From NCBI GenBank assembly GCA_965199955.1, contig CBDATQ010000001.1, forward strand, positions 2,006,284 to 2,070,283: DNA of 64,000 bases, given 5' to 3'. The stretch is from Spirochaetia bacterium. GTDB lineage: Bacteria > Spirochaetota > Spirochaetia > SZUA-6 > Bin103. Position 1 is the first letter of the stretch; every line of letters starts with the position of its first letter. A program made the position numbers and the translations under genes. Positions 39,814-49,499 of this stretch are shown piece after piece. Below the pieces are notes generated by a model that was not told the DNA's origin, made no database searches, and saw only the letters and a program-made list of their open reading frames with translations.

Positions 39814-42378
39814 ATGACAAACCGACTCACCTTTACCGTCAAGCCCCACCTCCCGGAGCGCCTGGCGCCCCTGGCCGATCTGGCCCATGACTTCTGGATT
39901 ACCTGGCACTTCGACGCCATCCGCCTGTTCATGCGGTTCGGCGCCGACGCATGGGAGCAGGCCCAGCAGAGCCCTCTGCGGCTGCTCAGCGAGTTGCCGC
40001 AGGAGCGGCTCCACGAGATGGAGCGGGACAAGGCATTCCTCGCCCACATGGACCAGGTCATCGCCGACTACCACGATTACCTGCAGGCCGATCCGTGGTA
40101 CTCTGGACCTCGCGACGCCGTGGTCGCCTACTTCTCCATGGAGTTCGGCCTGGACGCCACCCTGCCGATCTATTCCGGCGGCCTGGGGGTGCTGGCCGGC
40201 GACCACTTGAAGAGCTGCTCCGACCTGGGGTTGCCGGTCGTGGGCGTGGGGCTGCTCTACCGCACCGGTTACTTCCGCCAGCGCGTCACCATGGACGGCC
40301 ACCAGCTCGAGAGCTTTCCGGCCAACGACTTCTACAACATGCCTCTCATGCTGTGCACTTCTGCAGACGGCGAGCCGGTGACGATTACCGTGGATCTGGG
40401 CGGAGAACGGGCGCATGCGTGCATCTGGCGCGTCCGGGTGGGACGCGTGCCGCTCTATCTGCTCGACACCGACATCGACGCCAACGACCCGTCGACGCGC
40501 GAGATCACCGGTCAGCTCTACGTGTCGGACCGCCGCATGCGCCTGCGCCAGGAACTGCTGCTGGGCATCGGCGGCATTCGCGCGCTGCGCGCCCTGGAGA
40601 TCCCGGTCGCGGTGACCCACATGAACGAGGGGCACTCGGCGTTCCTGGCCCTGGAGCGGGTCCGTGAGCTGATGCACGAGCACGGCATGAGCTACTTCGA
40701 GGCACTGCAGGCGGTGTGGAGCACCACGGTGTTCACCACCCACACGCCGGTGCCGGCCGGCAACGAGACGTTCGACCCGCACCTGGTGCTGGACCAGGCC
40801 AGAGCGCTGCGCTCCGCCCTGGGGCTGGACGAGCACGAGTTCCTGTCGCTGGGCCGCATCGGGCACGACGGCGACGCGCACGGCCAGTTCGGGCTCACGC
40901 CGCTCGCCCTGCGCCTGGCCGCGCACTGCAACGGGGTCAGCAAGCTGCACGGCCAGGTGTCGCGCCGCATGTGGCGCAGCCTGTGGCCGGGCGTGCCGGC
41001 GGACGAAGTGCCGATCCGCCACATCACCAACGGCGTCCACCTGCGGAGCTGGATCTCGCATGACGTCCAGGAGCTGCTGGTGCGCTACCTGGGGCCGGCG
41101 GTGGCCAAGCACGCGCCCGAGGTGGCGGTGTGGCGGCAGGTGGACAACATCGCCGACGAGGAGCTGTGGCGGACGCACGAGCGGCGACGCGAACGGGTGA
41201 TCTGGTTCGCCCGCCGGCGCATCGTGGCGCAGATGCGGCGCGAAGGGGCCGCGGAGGCCGATCTGCGGGCGGCCGAGGTGGCGCTGCGCCCGGACGCCCT
41301 GACGATCGGATTCGCGCGCCGGATTGCCGGTTACAAGCGCCCGGGCCTGCTCTTCCGTCAGCCGGAGCGCCTGGTGCGGCTGCTCAGCAGCCGCGAGCAG
41401 CCGGTGCAGATCATCTTCGCCGGCAAGTCGCACCCCAACGATCACCAGGGCAAGGAGATGATCCGGCGCATCGTCCAGTTCGCGACCGAGCACGACCTGC
41501 GCAGCCGGATGGTGTTCCTGGACGACTACGACATCAACGTGGCGCGCTACCTGGTCGCGGGCTGCGACGTGTGGCTCAACATCCCGCGCCGGCCGCACGA
41601 GGCCAGCGGCACCAGCGGCATGAAGGCGTCGGTCAACGGATCGCTGATGGTGTCCACCCTGGACGGTTGGTGGGACGAGGCGTACAGCCCGGACATCGGC
41701 TGGTCCGTGGGCTCAGGCGAGACCTACCAGGACGAGAACATCCAGGACGAGCTGGAGGCCGACGCCGTGTTCGCGGAGCTGGAGCACATGGTCATCCCGA
41801 TGTTCTACGACCGCAGCATCGACGGCCTGCCGCGCGCGTGGATCGCCAAGATGCGGCATTCGATGACCGTGATCGGCGAGCACTTCAGCGCGCAGCGCAT
41901 GGTCGCCGAGTATCACGGCAACCTCTACGAACCGGCGCTCGCGCACGCCCGCCGGCTGCACGACTCGGGGTACCGGGACGCCGTGGAGCTCGCCGGCCAC
42001 CTGCAGCGGCTGCACCACCACTGGCCGGGGATCGCGGTCGAGCAACTCGACTCCGACAGCTCTGCGATGCTGGAGGTGGGCGACTCATTGGACGTCACCG
42101 CGCGGATCCGGCTGGGCGGACTGGAGCCGTCCGACGTGCAGGTGGCGCTCTATCATGGCGCGTTGCCCGGCAGCATCGACCTTCAGCCGGGCGACGACGA
42201 GATCGTCGACGGGCAGAGCACGCCCATGGAGCTGATCGAACGGCACGGGGAGTCGGCGACCTACCGCGCGAGCGCGATGTGCCGGAAGACGGGGAGGGTG
42301 GCCGCGACGGTGCGCGTGATGCCCGACCATCCCTTCCTTCCCCATCCGTTCGTGCCGGGGCTGTTCCTCCAGGGATGA
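39814..42378 (+). CDS. glgP: Alpha-glucan phosphorylase (GT35, long bacterial GlgP type with a C-terminal DUF3417-like extension)
   Basis: ATG at 39814 (MTNRLTFTVKPHLPERL). It has AYFSMEFGLD, the pyridoxal-phosphate region EASGTSGMKASVNG, and a C-terminal extension. Confidence 0.85.
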   Translation: MTNRLTFTVKPHLPERLAPLADLAHDFWITWHFDAIRLFMRFGADAWEQAQQSPLRLLSELPQERLHEMERDKAFLAHMDQVIADYHDYLQADPWYSGPRDAVVAYFSMEFGLDATLPIYSGGLGVLAGDHLKSCSDLGLPVVGVGLLYRTGYFRQRVTMDGHQLESFPANDFYNMPLMLCTSADGEPVTITVDLGGERAHACIWRVRVGRVPLYLLDTDIDANDPSTREITGQLYVSDRRMRLRQELLLGIGGIRALRALEIPVAVTHMNEGHSAFLALERVRELMHEHGMSYFEALQAVWSTTVFTTHTPVPAGNETFDPHLVLDQARALRSALGLDEHEFLSLGRIGHDGDAHGQFGLTPLALRLAAHCNGVSKLHGQVSRRMWRSLWPGVPADEVPIRHITNGVHLRSWISHDVQELLVRYLGPAVAKHAPEVAVWRQVDNIADEELWRTHERRRERVIWFARRRIVAQMRREGAAEADLRAAEVALRPDALTIGFARRIAGYKRPGLLFRQPERLVRLLSSREQPVQIIFAGKSHPNDHQGKEMIRRIVQFATEHDLRSRMVFLDDYDINVARYLVAGCDVWLNIPRRPHEASGTSGMKASVNGSLMVSTLDGWWDEAYSPDIGWSVGSGETYQDENIQDELEADAVFAELEHMVIPMFYDRSIDGLPRAWIAKMRHSMTVIGEHFSAQRMVAEYHGNLYEPALAHARRLHDSGYRDAVELAGHLQRLHHHWPGIAVEQLDSDSSAMLEVGDSLDVTARIRLGGLEPSDVQVALYHGALPGSIDLQPGDDEIVDGQSTPMELIERHGESATYRASAMCRKTGRVAATVRVMPDHPFLPHPFVPGLFLQG

Positions 42379-42442
42379 CACGGCCCGTGGAGACGTCGGC
42401 GATGCCGATGGGCTATGGCCGGTCGGTGGCGCGGATGGAGCC

Positions 42443-43222
42443 ATGAGCCCCGGCACGCGCGGCATCATCATCGGAGCCGGCCGCGGCAGTCGCTTGATGC
42501 CTGCCACGGAGAACACGCCCAAGTGCTTCGCCGAGGTGGGCGGGAAGCGCATACTCGACTGGGTGCTGGCGGCCTTCCAGGACAACGGCATCAACGATGT
42601 CTGCTTCATCGGTGGCTACAGGATCGACGTCGTCCGCGCAGCGTATCCCCGGCTCACGTTCCGAACCAACGCCAACTGGGAGCGCAACAACATCCTTGCC
42701 TCCCTGATGCACGCCGAGGATCTGATGGACGGGCCATTCATCTGCTGCTACTCCGACATCCTGTTTACCCCGGAGGTCATTCGGCGGGTGATGAACGACT
42801 GCCGCGACATCGCTCTGGTCGTGGACACGGAGTGGTCCGATCGCTACCGATACCGCACTGACCACCCGGCGGACGACGCCGAGAAGGTGATCGCGGCGGA
42901 TGGACGGATCACGCGCATCCATCGTGACATTGGGGAGTCTGCCGCGTACGGCGAGTTCACAGGCGTCTCGAAGTTCTCCCGCTCGGGAGCCACGCTCTTG
43001 AGAGAGCACTATCATCGCTGCCGGCGCCGTTACGCCGGTGCCAGCTTCCGAGAGGCGCCGTCATTCGAGAAGGCCTACCTCATCCATCTGTACCAGGAGA
43101 TGCTGGAACAGGGCGTGCCAATCGCGCACGTCGACACGCCCGGAGAGTACGTGGAGATCGACACCCAGCAGGACTTCGAGCTGGCGCGCGCGCACTGGGA
43201 CGGTGGTGGCGCGCGTGGGTGA
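42443..43222 (+). CDS. LicC-like NTP-transferase (sugar-phosphate/phosphocholine nucleotidyltransferase family)
   Basis: GIIIGAGRGSRLMPATENTPKCFAEVGGKRIL is the G-x-G-x-R-L...TENTPK signature. The 259-aa product has no C-terminal LbH domain. GC is about 62%, lower than the neighbours. Confidence 0.55.
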   Translation: MSPGTRGIIIGAGRGSRLMPATENTPKCFAEVGGKRILDWVLAAFQDNGINDVCFIGGYRIDVVRAAYPRLTFRTNANWERNNILASLMHAEDLMDGPFICCYSDILFTPEVIRRVMNDCRDIALVVDTEWSDRYRYRTDHPADDAEKVIAADGRITRIHRDIGESAAYGEFTGVSKFSRSGATLLREHYHRCRRRYAGASFREAPSFEKAYLIHLYQEMLEQGVPIAHVDTPGEYVEIDTQQDFELARAHWDGGGARG

Positions 43223-44341
43223 CCATCGCGAGCGCTTCCTGTTTCCCACTTCGGTGGTAGGTTCCGTGCCGCGACCACAATTCGTTCGCGACCTCATCGG
43301 TGCCTCCGGGTCCCTTGCCGCGGAGGACTACGGCGCGCGGATGGACGCCGCCGTCCGCTACGTCGTCGCCATGCAGGAGCACGCCGGTCTCGACGTCGTC
43401 ACCGACGGTGAGTGGCGGCGCCGGTCCTACATCGGCGTGATTGCGGAGCTGGCCCACGGCTTCGAGCTTTCGGCCAACCCTGCCGACGGTCGCCCATGGA
43501 CGGTGGTGGTAGACAGGCTGGCGCCCAAAGCGACGGGGTTCATCGCCCGTGAGGTTGCGTTTCTCAAGAGCGTGACGTCGCGTGCAGTGAAAGCCACGTT
43601 GCCGGCACCGGCGCTGCTCGGGGAACGCATGTGGGATGCGCAGCGCTCGTCGCAGGCGTATCCCACGCGAGAGCAGTTCGTGCGCGACTGCGTGCCGATC
43701 CTGCGACGCGAGGTGGAACTGGTGTGTGACGCCGGGGCGGATGTGATTCAGATCGACGACCCGCACCTGTGCCTGTTCGTGGATCCCGACGTCCGGGCCG
43801 GCTACGAAGATCCCGACGCTGCGGCCGACTTTTCGGTGGACATGGTGAACCAGGTGTTGAGCGGTCATCACGCCATGGCTGCAGACGTGACGACCGCCGT
43901 GCACCTCTGTCGGCGCGCCGGTGCCCGTGCGCGCGGTGAGCGCAGCCATCGCGGCGACTACGCGCCTACGTTGCCCAGCTCAATCGGCTGCAAGCGCAGC
44001 ACCTGACGTTGGAGTTCACCACTCCGGAGGCCGGCGACATGCAGGTGTTGCGCGATCTGCGGGAGGAACTGCAGATCGGTCTCGGCTGCGTCAGCGTAAC
44101 GCCCGGGCAGATCGATACCGCTGCTCAGATCGTGCAGCGGGTGGAAGCGGCGCTGCAATTCGTCGCGCCGGAGCGGATCACCCTCAACCCGGACTGCGGC
44201 TTTGCACCTGGCTCGGGCGCCGACGTCTCCATGGACGAGGTATACGCCAAGCTGACGGCAGAAGTCGCGGCCGCGCGTATGCTGCGGGAGACGGCACGCG
44301 CCGATCCCGGTTACTTCTGTTGCTGGAAGAAGCGCCGATAG
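43215..44341 (+). pseudogene. MetE C-terminal-domain-like (cobalamin-independent methionine synthase family) protein with one frameshift
   Basis: GTG at 43215 overlaps the upstream stop. FPTSVVGSVPRP...IQIDDPHL...HLCRRAG is followed by a frame switch at about 43950 to AYVAQLNRLQAQHLTLEFTTPEAGD...NPDCGFAPG (ORF 44009..44341). Confidence 0.5.
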
Positions 44342-44344
44342 ACT

Positions 44345-44439
44345 TCTTCCTCGGAGAGCGTTTCGGAGTGGAACCAGGTCGAGCAGATCCACTCCGACAG
44401 CGCTGCCACGCTCGAGGTGGGCGCTCGCTGGACGGACGG
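44345..44439 (+). other. Approximately 95-bp relic homologous to an internal part of glgP (start of the C-terminal extension)
   Basis: It translates SESVSEWNQVEQIHSDSAATLEVGARWTDGQ, compared with GlgP HHWPGIAVEQLDSDSSAMLEVGDSLDVTARI. 38 of 45 nt are identical between 44379-44423 and 42039-42083. Confidence 0.45.
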
Positions 44440-45360
44440 TCAGGCGCCGTTCCTGACCACGTAGGCGGTCGAAAGCAGTTCGAGCGCATCATCGAACACG
44501 GTCTCGGTGTCGGCAAACCGCACCGCGGAAATGGCCGCGCACTCGGTGGCCGCGCCTTTCGACAGGAACGATCCGGAGACCGGCGAGACGTCGGAGTAGT
44601 CGCGGCCGACGGCCAGCTTGATGTAGTCGCTGGCGGGCGGAAACAGGACGCCACGGGTGGGGTCGGCCGCGACCCAGCCGGACCGCGGATGGAGCACCTC
44701 CAGCCAGGCGTGGGTCTCTCCCACTTGTCCCGTGAGCAGCCCGCTGACGTAGCGGCAGGGGATGCTCAGCGCGCGCAGCATGCCCAGGGCCAGGTGGGTC
44801 TTGTCCTGGCACACTCCTTCCCTGGTTGCCAGCACCTGCTCGGCAGTGGTCGTGACCCCGGTGGCGCCGCGCCGGTATCCGATCTCGCGGTGCACCCACT
44901 CGACGGTCGCACGTACCGCCGCCAGCAGGGAGCCGGCGTCGCCAGCGACCTCCTGCGACACCGCCGCGACGCCTTCGGGATCGATCAGCGGCGACCTGAA
45001 CGCGAAGTCGAAGCCGTCCGGCAGATCGGTGACCTCGGCCAAGGCGGAGTCCTCGGGCGCCGGCGCCGCATCAGCCAGCCGGATCCGTCCCGCCGTGGCG
45101 ACCACGAGGCGGTCGTGCGGCGCGAAGATGCGGACGCGCTGCACGCGGTTGCCGAAGCGGTCCCGGTACTCCACGGAGCGGCCTTCGGGCCGGGTCCACA
45201 TCTGCTGGCCCATCGGCTCCTGGGACGCGTCGGCAAGGGGAAAGATGCGGAGCTGATTGTCGTTGTGCAGGACCCGGTCGGAGTAACCGTAGTGCGCTGC
45301 GTAGATATACGACGCCGTGACCGTCTGTGCCGCTAGCTGAGCACCCATGTGGGCTTGCAC
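44440..45360 (-). CDS. Transglutaminase-like (bacterial TGase N-domain + papain-like Cys-His-Asp core) protein
   Basis: CQDKTHLALGMLRALSIP (Cys), GETHAWLEV (His) and AADPTRG (Asp), with an N-terminal Bact_transglu_N-like region. Confidence 0.75.
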   Translation of the reverse strand: MQAHMGAQLAAQTVTASYIYAAHYGYSDRVLHNDNQLRIFPLADASQEPMGQQMWTRPEGRSVEYRDRFGNRVQRVRIFAPHDRLVVATAGRIRLADAAPAPEDSALAEVTDLPDGFDFAFRSPLIDPEGVAAVSQEVAGDAGSLLAAVRATVEWVHREIGYRRGATGVTTTAEQVLATREGVCQDKTHLALGMLRALSIPCRYVSGLLTGQVGETHAWLEVLHPRSGWVAADPTRGVLFPPASDYIKLAVGRDYSDVSPVSGSFLSKGAATECAAISAVRFADTETVFDDALELLSTAYVVRNGA

Positions 45361-45563
45361 AGTCCCCCCGAAGAGTTGTTGGTGATGCGGCTGCCTTCCA
45401 GCGCCACCCGGGGCAGGCCGCCGGGGAACACCGTGACCTCGCCGTCCGCGCCCTGAATGGCGAATACCCGCAGGTCCACGTGGCGTGGCTCCAGCATGCC
45501 GTTCCGCTCATTCAAGACGACGTGTTGGGAGAAGTCCAGCGCGTCTTGCGCGATGAACATCAA
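45333..45563 (-). pseudogene. C-terminal approximately 55 codons of a circularly permuted ATP-grasp (type 2) gene; the rest is absent
   Basis: VDLRVFAIQGADGEVTVFPGGLPRVALEGSRITNNSSGG..KPTWVL is the characteristic C-terminus of CP ATP-grasp proteins. Upstream sequence is occupied by the vapC 3' end. Confidence 0.45.
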
Positions 45564-46084
45564 TCCTGCGCGGCTGCTTCCCGAGTGTCGATATCGTCGA
45601 TCATCAGAACGTCGATGTCAGGGACGGATCCGAAGGCTCGGTCCGTGGTCACCAGGTGGTCGGCCCCGAGGCGTAGTGCCGTCGCGAGAATGACGGAGTC
45701 GGTCGTGAGCAGGCCGTGCTCTGATTGCAGGTCGAGCGCTCGGTCAAAGTCCGCGCGGCTGTGCGGTGCGATCCGCAGTCCCATGTCCTGCAAGGCGTCC
45801 AGCTTGGTTCGGTAGACGTGCAGCCGCCGCGCGAGCTCGGGGCGCGAGGCGAGCTTGCGCGCGGGGTTGGAGCCCGTAAGCTTCCCGGTCGCTCGCGCCT
45901 CGATGAGCATGAGTCGATGGCACACTTCCAGGAGCGCCGCAAAGGGCAGGATGCCGACGATCGTCGCCTGCGTGCAGCGAGCCAGCAACGCCTGTGCCTG
46001 TTCGGAGTATCCTGCTGCCGCATAGATCAGGATGTTCGCGTCGATGCAGCACCGCGACCCCGTGGGAATCGCCTCGACCGTCAC
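45560..46084 (-). CDS. vapC: PIN-domain toxin
   Basis: CIDANILIYAAAG plus later acidic residues (TTDSVILATALRLGADHLVTTDRAF) give the PIN fold pattern. The start overlaps the vapB stop (ATGA). Confidence 0.7.
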   Translation of the reverse strand: MTVEAIPTGSRCCIDANILIYAAAGYSEQAQALLARCTQATIVGILPFAALLEVCHRLMLIEARATGKLTGSNPARKLASRPELARRLHVYRTKLDALQDMGLRIAPHSRADFDRALDLQSEHGLLTTDSVILATALRLGADHLVTTDRAFGSVPDIDVLMIDDIDTREAAAQD

Positions 46085-46323
46085 GGGGCCAGCATATCGT
46101 CGTCGATGATGAGTTGCAGGTCGGCCGGTTCGACCGGCATCGGGCTCTCGCAGAACACGCGGTACGCCCGCATCGCCCGCTGTTGGTCGGGTCGCCGCTC
46201 GGCGAGGTATCCGATGAGCGCTTCGCTGATCACGTCGCTGATGCGCCTGCCTTCCTCGGCCGCAACGCGCCGGACCTCCATGACGAGGTCTTCCTCCAGC
46301 AGCGTCCCGACCTTCTGTTTCAT
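46081..46323 (-). CDS. vapB: VapB-type antitoxin (ribbon-helix-helix-like)
   Basis: 80-aa product MKQKVGTLLEEDLVMEVRRVAAEEGRRISDVISEALIGYL. The remainder of track ORF 46081..48006 is antisense run-on. Confidence 0.55.
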   Translation of the reverse strand: MKQKVGTLLEEDLVMEVRRVAAEEGRRISDVISEALIGYLAERRPDQQRAMRAYRVFCESPMPVEPADLQLIIDDDMLAP

Positions 46324-46359
46324 CTTTCGAGAATGCGGTAGAGTTCTACCGTTGTCAAG

Positions 46360-47808
46360 ATGAACGGCGTCTGGGTCACCCGCGGCTTCGCGGCGTTTCG
46401 GCGCGGCACCTTCGGCAATGCCGGTCAGAATCTCTACGTGTCGCGGGCCGGGTTGCTGCAGCGCATCCATCACCTGGACCTGAATCGCGACGGCTACGCG
46501 GACCTGCTGTTCTGCAACGCGCAGGGGCACCTGGAGGCGCCGCCGGCCTGCGTGTACGGGGACGTCTTCGGCGCCTGCGAGCGCACCGAGCTGCCCGCCG
46601 GCGGCAGCCCCACCGCGGCTGTGGCTGACATCTCGGGCGACGGCCATGCCGACCTGATCATCGGCAACGAGAAGAGCGGCAACGCCGGCCGCATGAACGC
46701 CAACGTCTACTTCGGATCGCCGGACGGCCTGAGCGAGCGCTACCAGACCGTGCTGCCGGCGCACCGCTGCACGTCGGTGGCTGCCGGCGTCTTCGACGGG
46801 GACGGCCGCGCGGAGCTGATCGTGACCGCGGCCGACCGGCCGCCGCGCATCTACTGGGGCGGCGCCGTCGGCACCGATCCGGAGTGCTGGTCTGACGTTC
46901 CCGCTCCCGACGGGTGGGCGCCGGTTGACCTTGCCGAAACCGAGGAGCTGTCCGAGACCGAGCGCGTGGGCGCCGTGGCGCCGCTGGCGATCGCCGTCGA
47001 CCTGGGCTCCGAACCGCTGGTATTCGTCGCCGGCGGGGCGACGCAGTTCCTGGTGCCGGTCACCCCGGAACGCGGCTTCGGCCCGCCGCTGCGGCTCGCG
47101 TGCCGCAACGCCCTGGCGGTGGCGGCCGGGGATTTCGACGGCGACGGCCGGATCGACCTGGCGATCGCGCCGGCCTGGCGCAACCGCTGCGTGATCCTGC
47201 GCGGCGGCCCGGACGGGTTCAGCACTGAACGAGCATGGGTCCTGCCCACCTCGTTCAGCGCCGGCTATCCGGTGGCGCACGACATCACCGGTAACGGCTA
47301 TCCCGACCTCCTGCTCGGCGGCGGCAAGCCCAACCCCGGCCAGCCGCACGACTCGTTCAACCACGTCTTCTGGAACGGGCCCGAGGGGTTGCGCGCCGAC
47401 CGGCAGACGCAGCTCCCGTCCAACTGCGGCCACGGCCTGGCGGTCGCCGACTTCGACGGCGACGGGGTTCCCGACCTGCTGAGCTGCGGCTACCAGAGCG
47501 CCGTCGACCGGGACGTGGACGCGGTCATCTACTGGGGCAATCACGACACGGGATTCCGCGCCGGCGACTTCACGCGGCTGCGCGCGCACTCGTCGGCCGG
47601 CTGCCTCGCGGCCGACTTCGACGGCGACGGCCGCGTCGACATCGCCATCGCAAACCACAAGATCTTCGGCGATCACGTGGGCGAGTCCTTCGTGTACTGG
47701 AACAGTCCGGACGGATTCAGCGAGCAGCGGGTCACGCGCCTGCCGAACGGCGGCTGCACCCCCCGCGTGCGCGAAGTCCGGGTAGAGTACGGGGAGCGCC
47801 AACCATGA
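46360..47808 (+). CDS. FG-GAP/VCBS-repeat beta-propeller protein without a signal peptide
   Basis: Seven-plus D-x-D/N-G-D-G-x-x-D-L repeats (DLNRDGYADL, DISGDGHADL, DFDGDGRIDL, DFDGDGVPDL, DFDGDGRVDI). The N-terminus MNGVWVTRGFAAFRRG is not hydrophobic. Confidence 0.7.
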   Translation: MNGVWVTRGFAAFRRGTFGNAGQNLYVSRAGLLQRIHHLDLNRDGYADLLFCNAQGHLEAPPACVYGDVFGACERTELPAGGSPTAAVADISGDGHADLIIGNEKSGNAGRMNANVYFGSPDGLSERYQTVLPAHRCTSVAAGVFDGDGRAELIVTAADRPPRIYWGGAVGTDPECWSDVPAPDGWAPVDLAETEELSETERVGAVAPLAIAVDLGSEPLVFVAGGATQFLVPVTPERGFGPPLRLACRNALAVAAGDFDGDGRIDLAIAPAWRNRCVILRGGPDGFSTERAWVLPTSFSAGYPVAHDITGNGYPDLLLGGGKPNPGQPHDSFNHVFWNGPEGLRADRQTQLPSNCGHGLAVADFDGDGVPDLLSCGYQSAVDRDVDAVIYWGNHDTGFRAGDFTRLRAHSSAGCLAADFDGDGRVDIAIANHKIFGDHVGESFVYWNSPDGFSEQRVTRLPNGGCTPRVREVRVEYGERQP

Positions 47809-47818
47809 TCGGACAGGC

Positions 47819-48667
47819 ATGATCGTCGACACGCACGTGCACGTCTGGGAGATGCCGCCGGTCGCGCCGATCGGTCCGACCGCGTCATCGTTCACCTCGC
47901 TGCCGGAGGAAGCGGCCCCGGTGGAGCTGCTGATCGAGGACATGGACGCCAACGGCGTCGACGCCGCGGTGCTGGTGCAGACGAGCTGGTCGACCTGGGA
48001 CAACACCTACGTCGCCGAAGCGGCCTCGAAGCATCCGGGCCGGCTGCGCTCGATCGGCCTGATCGATCCTCTGGACCCGGGCAGCGCGGACCTGGTCGGG
48101 CACTGGATGGACAAGTTGGGGATGCGAGGCTTCCGCTTCCATCCCGACTACTATTCGGACGCCGAGATCCTCACATCGCCCCCTGCCGGGCTGATTCTCG
48201 GAGCGATCGAGGACCGCAGTGGCATCGTCAAGGTGCACAACCGCGTCTCCAACGCGCACCAGCTCGCCGACGCCGCGCGCCGCCATCCCGGCATCACCTG
48301 GATCATCGATCACCTGATGTACCCGGAGCCGGACATGGCCGCGGACGGCTGGCGCGACTACGATCCGGTCCTCCGCCTGGCGGAGCGGGAGAACGTCTTC
48401 CTGACGATCTCGGACGTGCACAGCCGCTCGGACGTGGAGTTTCCGTACCGAGACTTGCACGCGGTGATCAAGCGCGGGATCGACGCGTTCGGCATCGACC
48501 GCTGCCTGTGGGGCACCGGCTATCCCGGCCACCTCCGCGTCGCGCATGGCTGGCCGCCGCTGGCCGACGAGCTGCGCCTGATGCGCGAGGGCCTCGACTG
48601 GCTGACCGCCACCGAGCGCGCGTCGATCCTCGGCGGGAACGCCAGAAGGCTCTACGGCTATGGCTGA
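47819..48667 (+). CDS. Amidohydrolase_2 family TIM-barrel metal-dependent hydrolase
   Basis: MIVDTHVHVW start, IIDHL and later acidic ligands. 282 aa. Confidence 0.65.
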   Translation: MIVDTHVHVWEMPPVAPIGPTASSFTSLPEEAAPVELLIEDMDANGVDAAVLVQTSWSTWDNTYVAEAASKHPGRLRSIGLIDPLDPGSADLVGHWMDKLGMRGFRFHPDYYSDAEILTSPPAGLILGAIEDRSGIVKVHNRVSNAHQLADAARRHPGITWIIDHLMYPEPDMAADGWRDYDPVLRLAERENVFLTISDVHSRSDVEFPYRDLHAVIKRGIDAFGIDRCLWGTGYPGHLRVAHGWPPLADELRLMREGLDWLTATERASILGGNARRLYGYG

Positions 48668-49499
48668 TCCGAAGCCCGTCTCTCCGCAGACGCTGTCGGG
48701 GCAGGTCGCCGTGGTCACCGGCGCGGCGCAGGGGCTGGGAAGGGGCATCGCGGAGACCGTCGCGTCCCGTGGCGCCACGGTGATCGTCGCTGACCTGCAG
48801 GAAGACAAGGCCGAGGCGGTCGCCGCCGCGATCGCCGGCGACGGACTGGCCGCGGCAGCAGCCCGCCTGGACGTCACGTCGACCGCCGAGGTGGACGGTT
48901 TCTTCGCCGAGGTCCGTCAGGCGCAGGGGCGGCTGGACATTCTCGTGAACAGCGCCGGGCTGGGCCAGAACGTGGCGCCGGTCGTCGAGCTCGGCGACGA
49001 GGAGTGGGAACGGGTGCTGAACGTGAACCTGAATGGCACGTTCAAGTGCTGCCGCGCGGCCGCGCGGATCATGGAGCGCCAGGAGTCCGGGTGCATCGTC
49101 AACCTGGCGTCGATCAACGGCCAGAACCCCGCTGCGTGGGTCGCCGCGTACAACGTGGCCAAGGCCGGGGTGATCGGCTTCACGCGTTCGCTGGCGCTGG
49201 AGCTCGCTGCGTACGGCGTCCGCGTCAACGCGATCTGTCCGGGACCGGTGTACACGGACTTCAACCGGCGGGTGATGGCGCAGCGCTGCCAGACGCTGGG
49301 GATCACGGAGGAGGAGATGATCGAGCGGATCCGGCAGGCGATTCCCTTGGGCCGTTGGGGCGAGCCCGAGGACATCGCCTTCGCGGTCGCCAACCTCTGC
49401 GACCCGAACTCCTCCTGGGTGACCGGCGAGATCCTGCGCATCTCCGGCGGCATGGAGGGCGTCGCCGCCGCGCCGCGCAGGCGGGCCGCGGGCTCGTGA
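48660..49499 (+). CDS. SDR family oxidoreductase
   Basis: VAVVTGAAQGLGRGIA (TGxxxGxG), NSAG and Y-x3-K (YNVAKAG). Confidence 0.8.
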   Translation: MADPKPVSPQTLSGQVAVVTGAAQGLGRGIAETVASRGATVIVADLQEDKAEAVAAAIAGDGLAAAAARLDVTSTAEVDGFFAEVRQAQGRLDILVNSAGLGQNVAPVVELGDEEWERVLNVNLNGTFKCCRAAARIMERQESGCIVNLASINGQNPAAWVAAYNVAKAGVIGFTRSLALELAAYGVRVNAICPGPVYTDFNRRVMAQRCQTLGITEEEMIERIRQAIPLGRWGEPEDIAFAVANLCDPNSSWVTGEILRISGGMEGVAAAPRRRAAGS

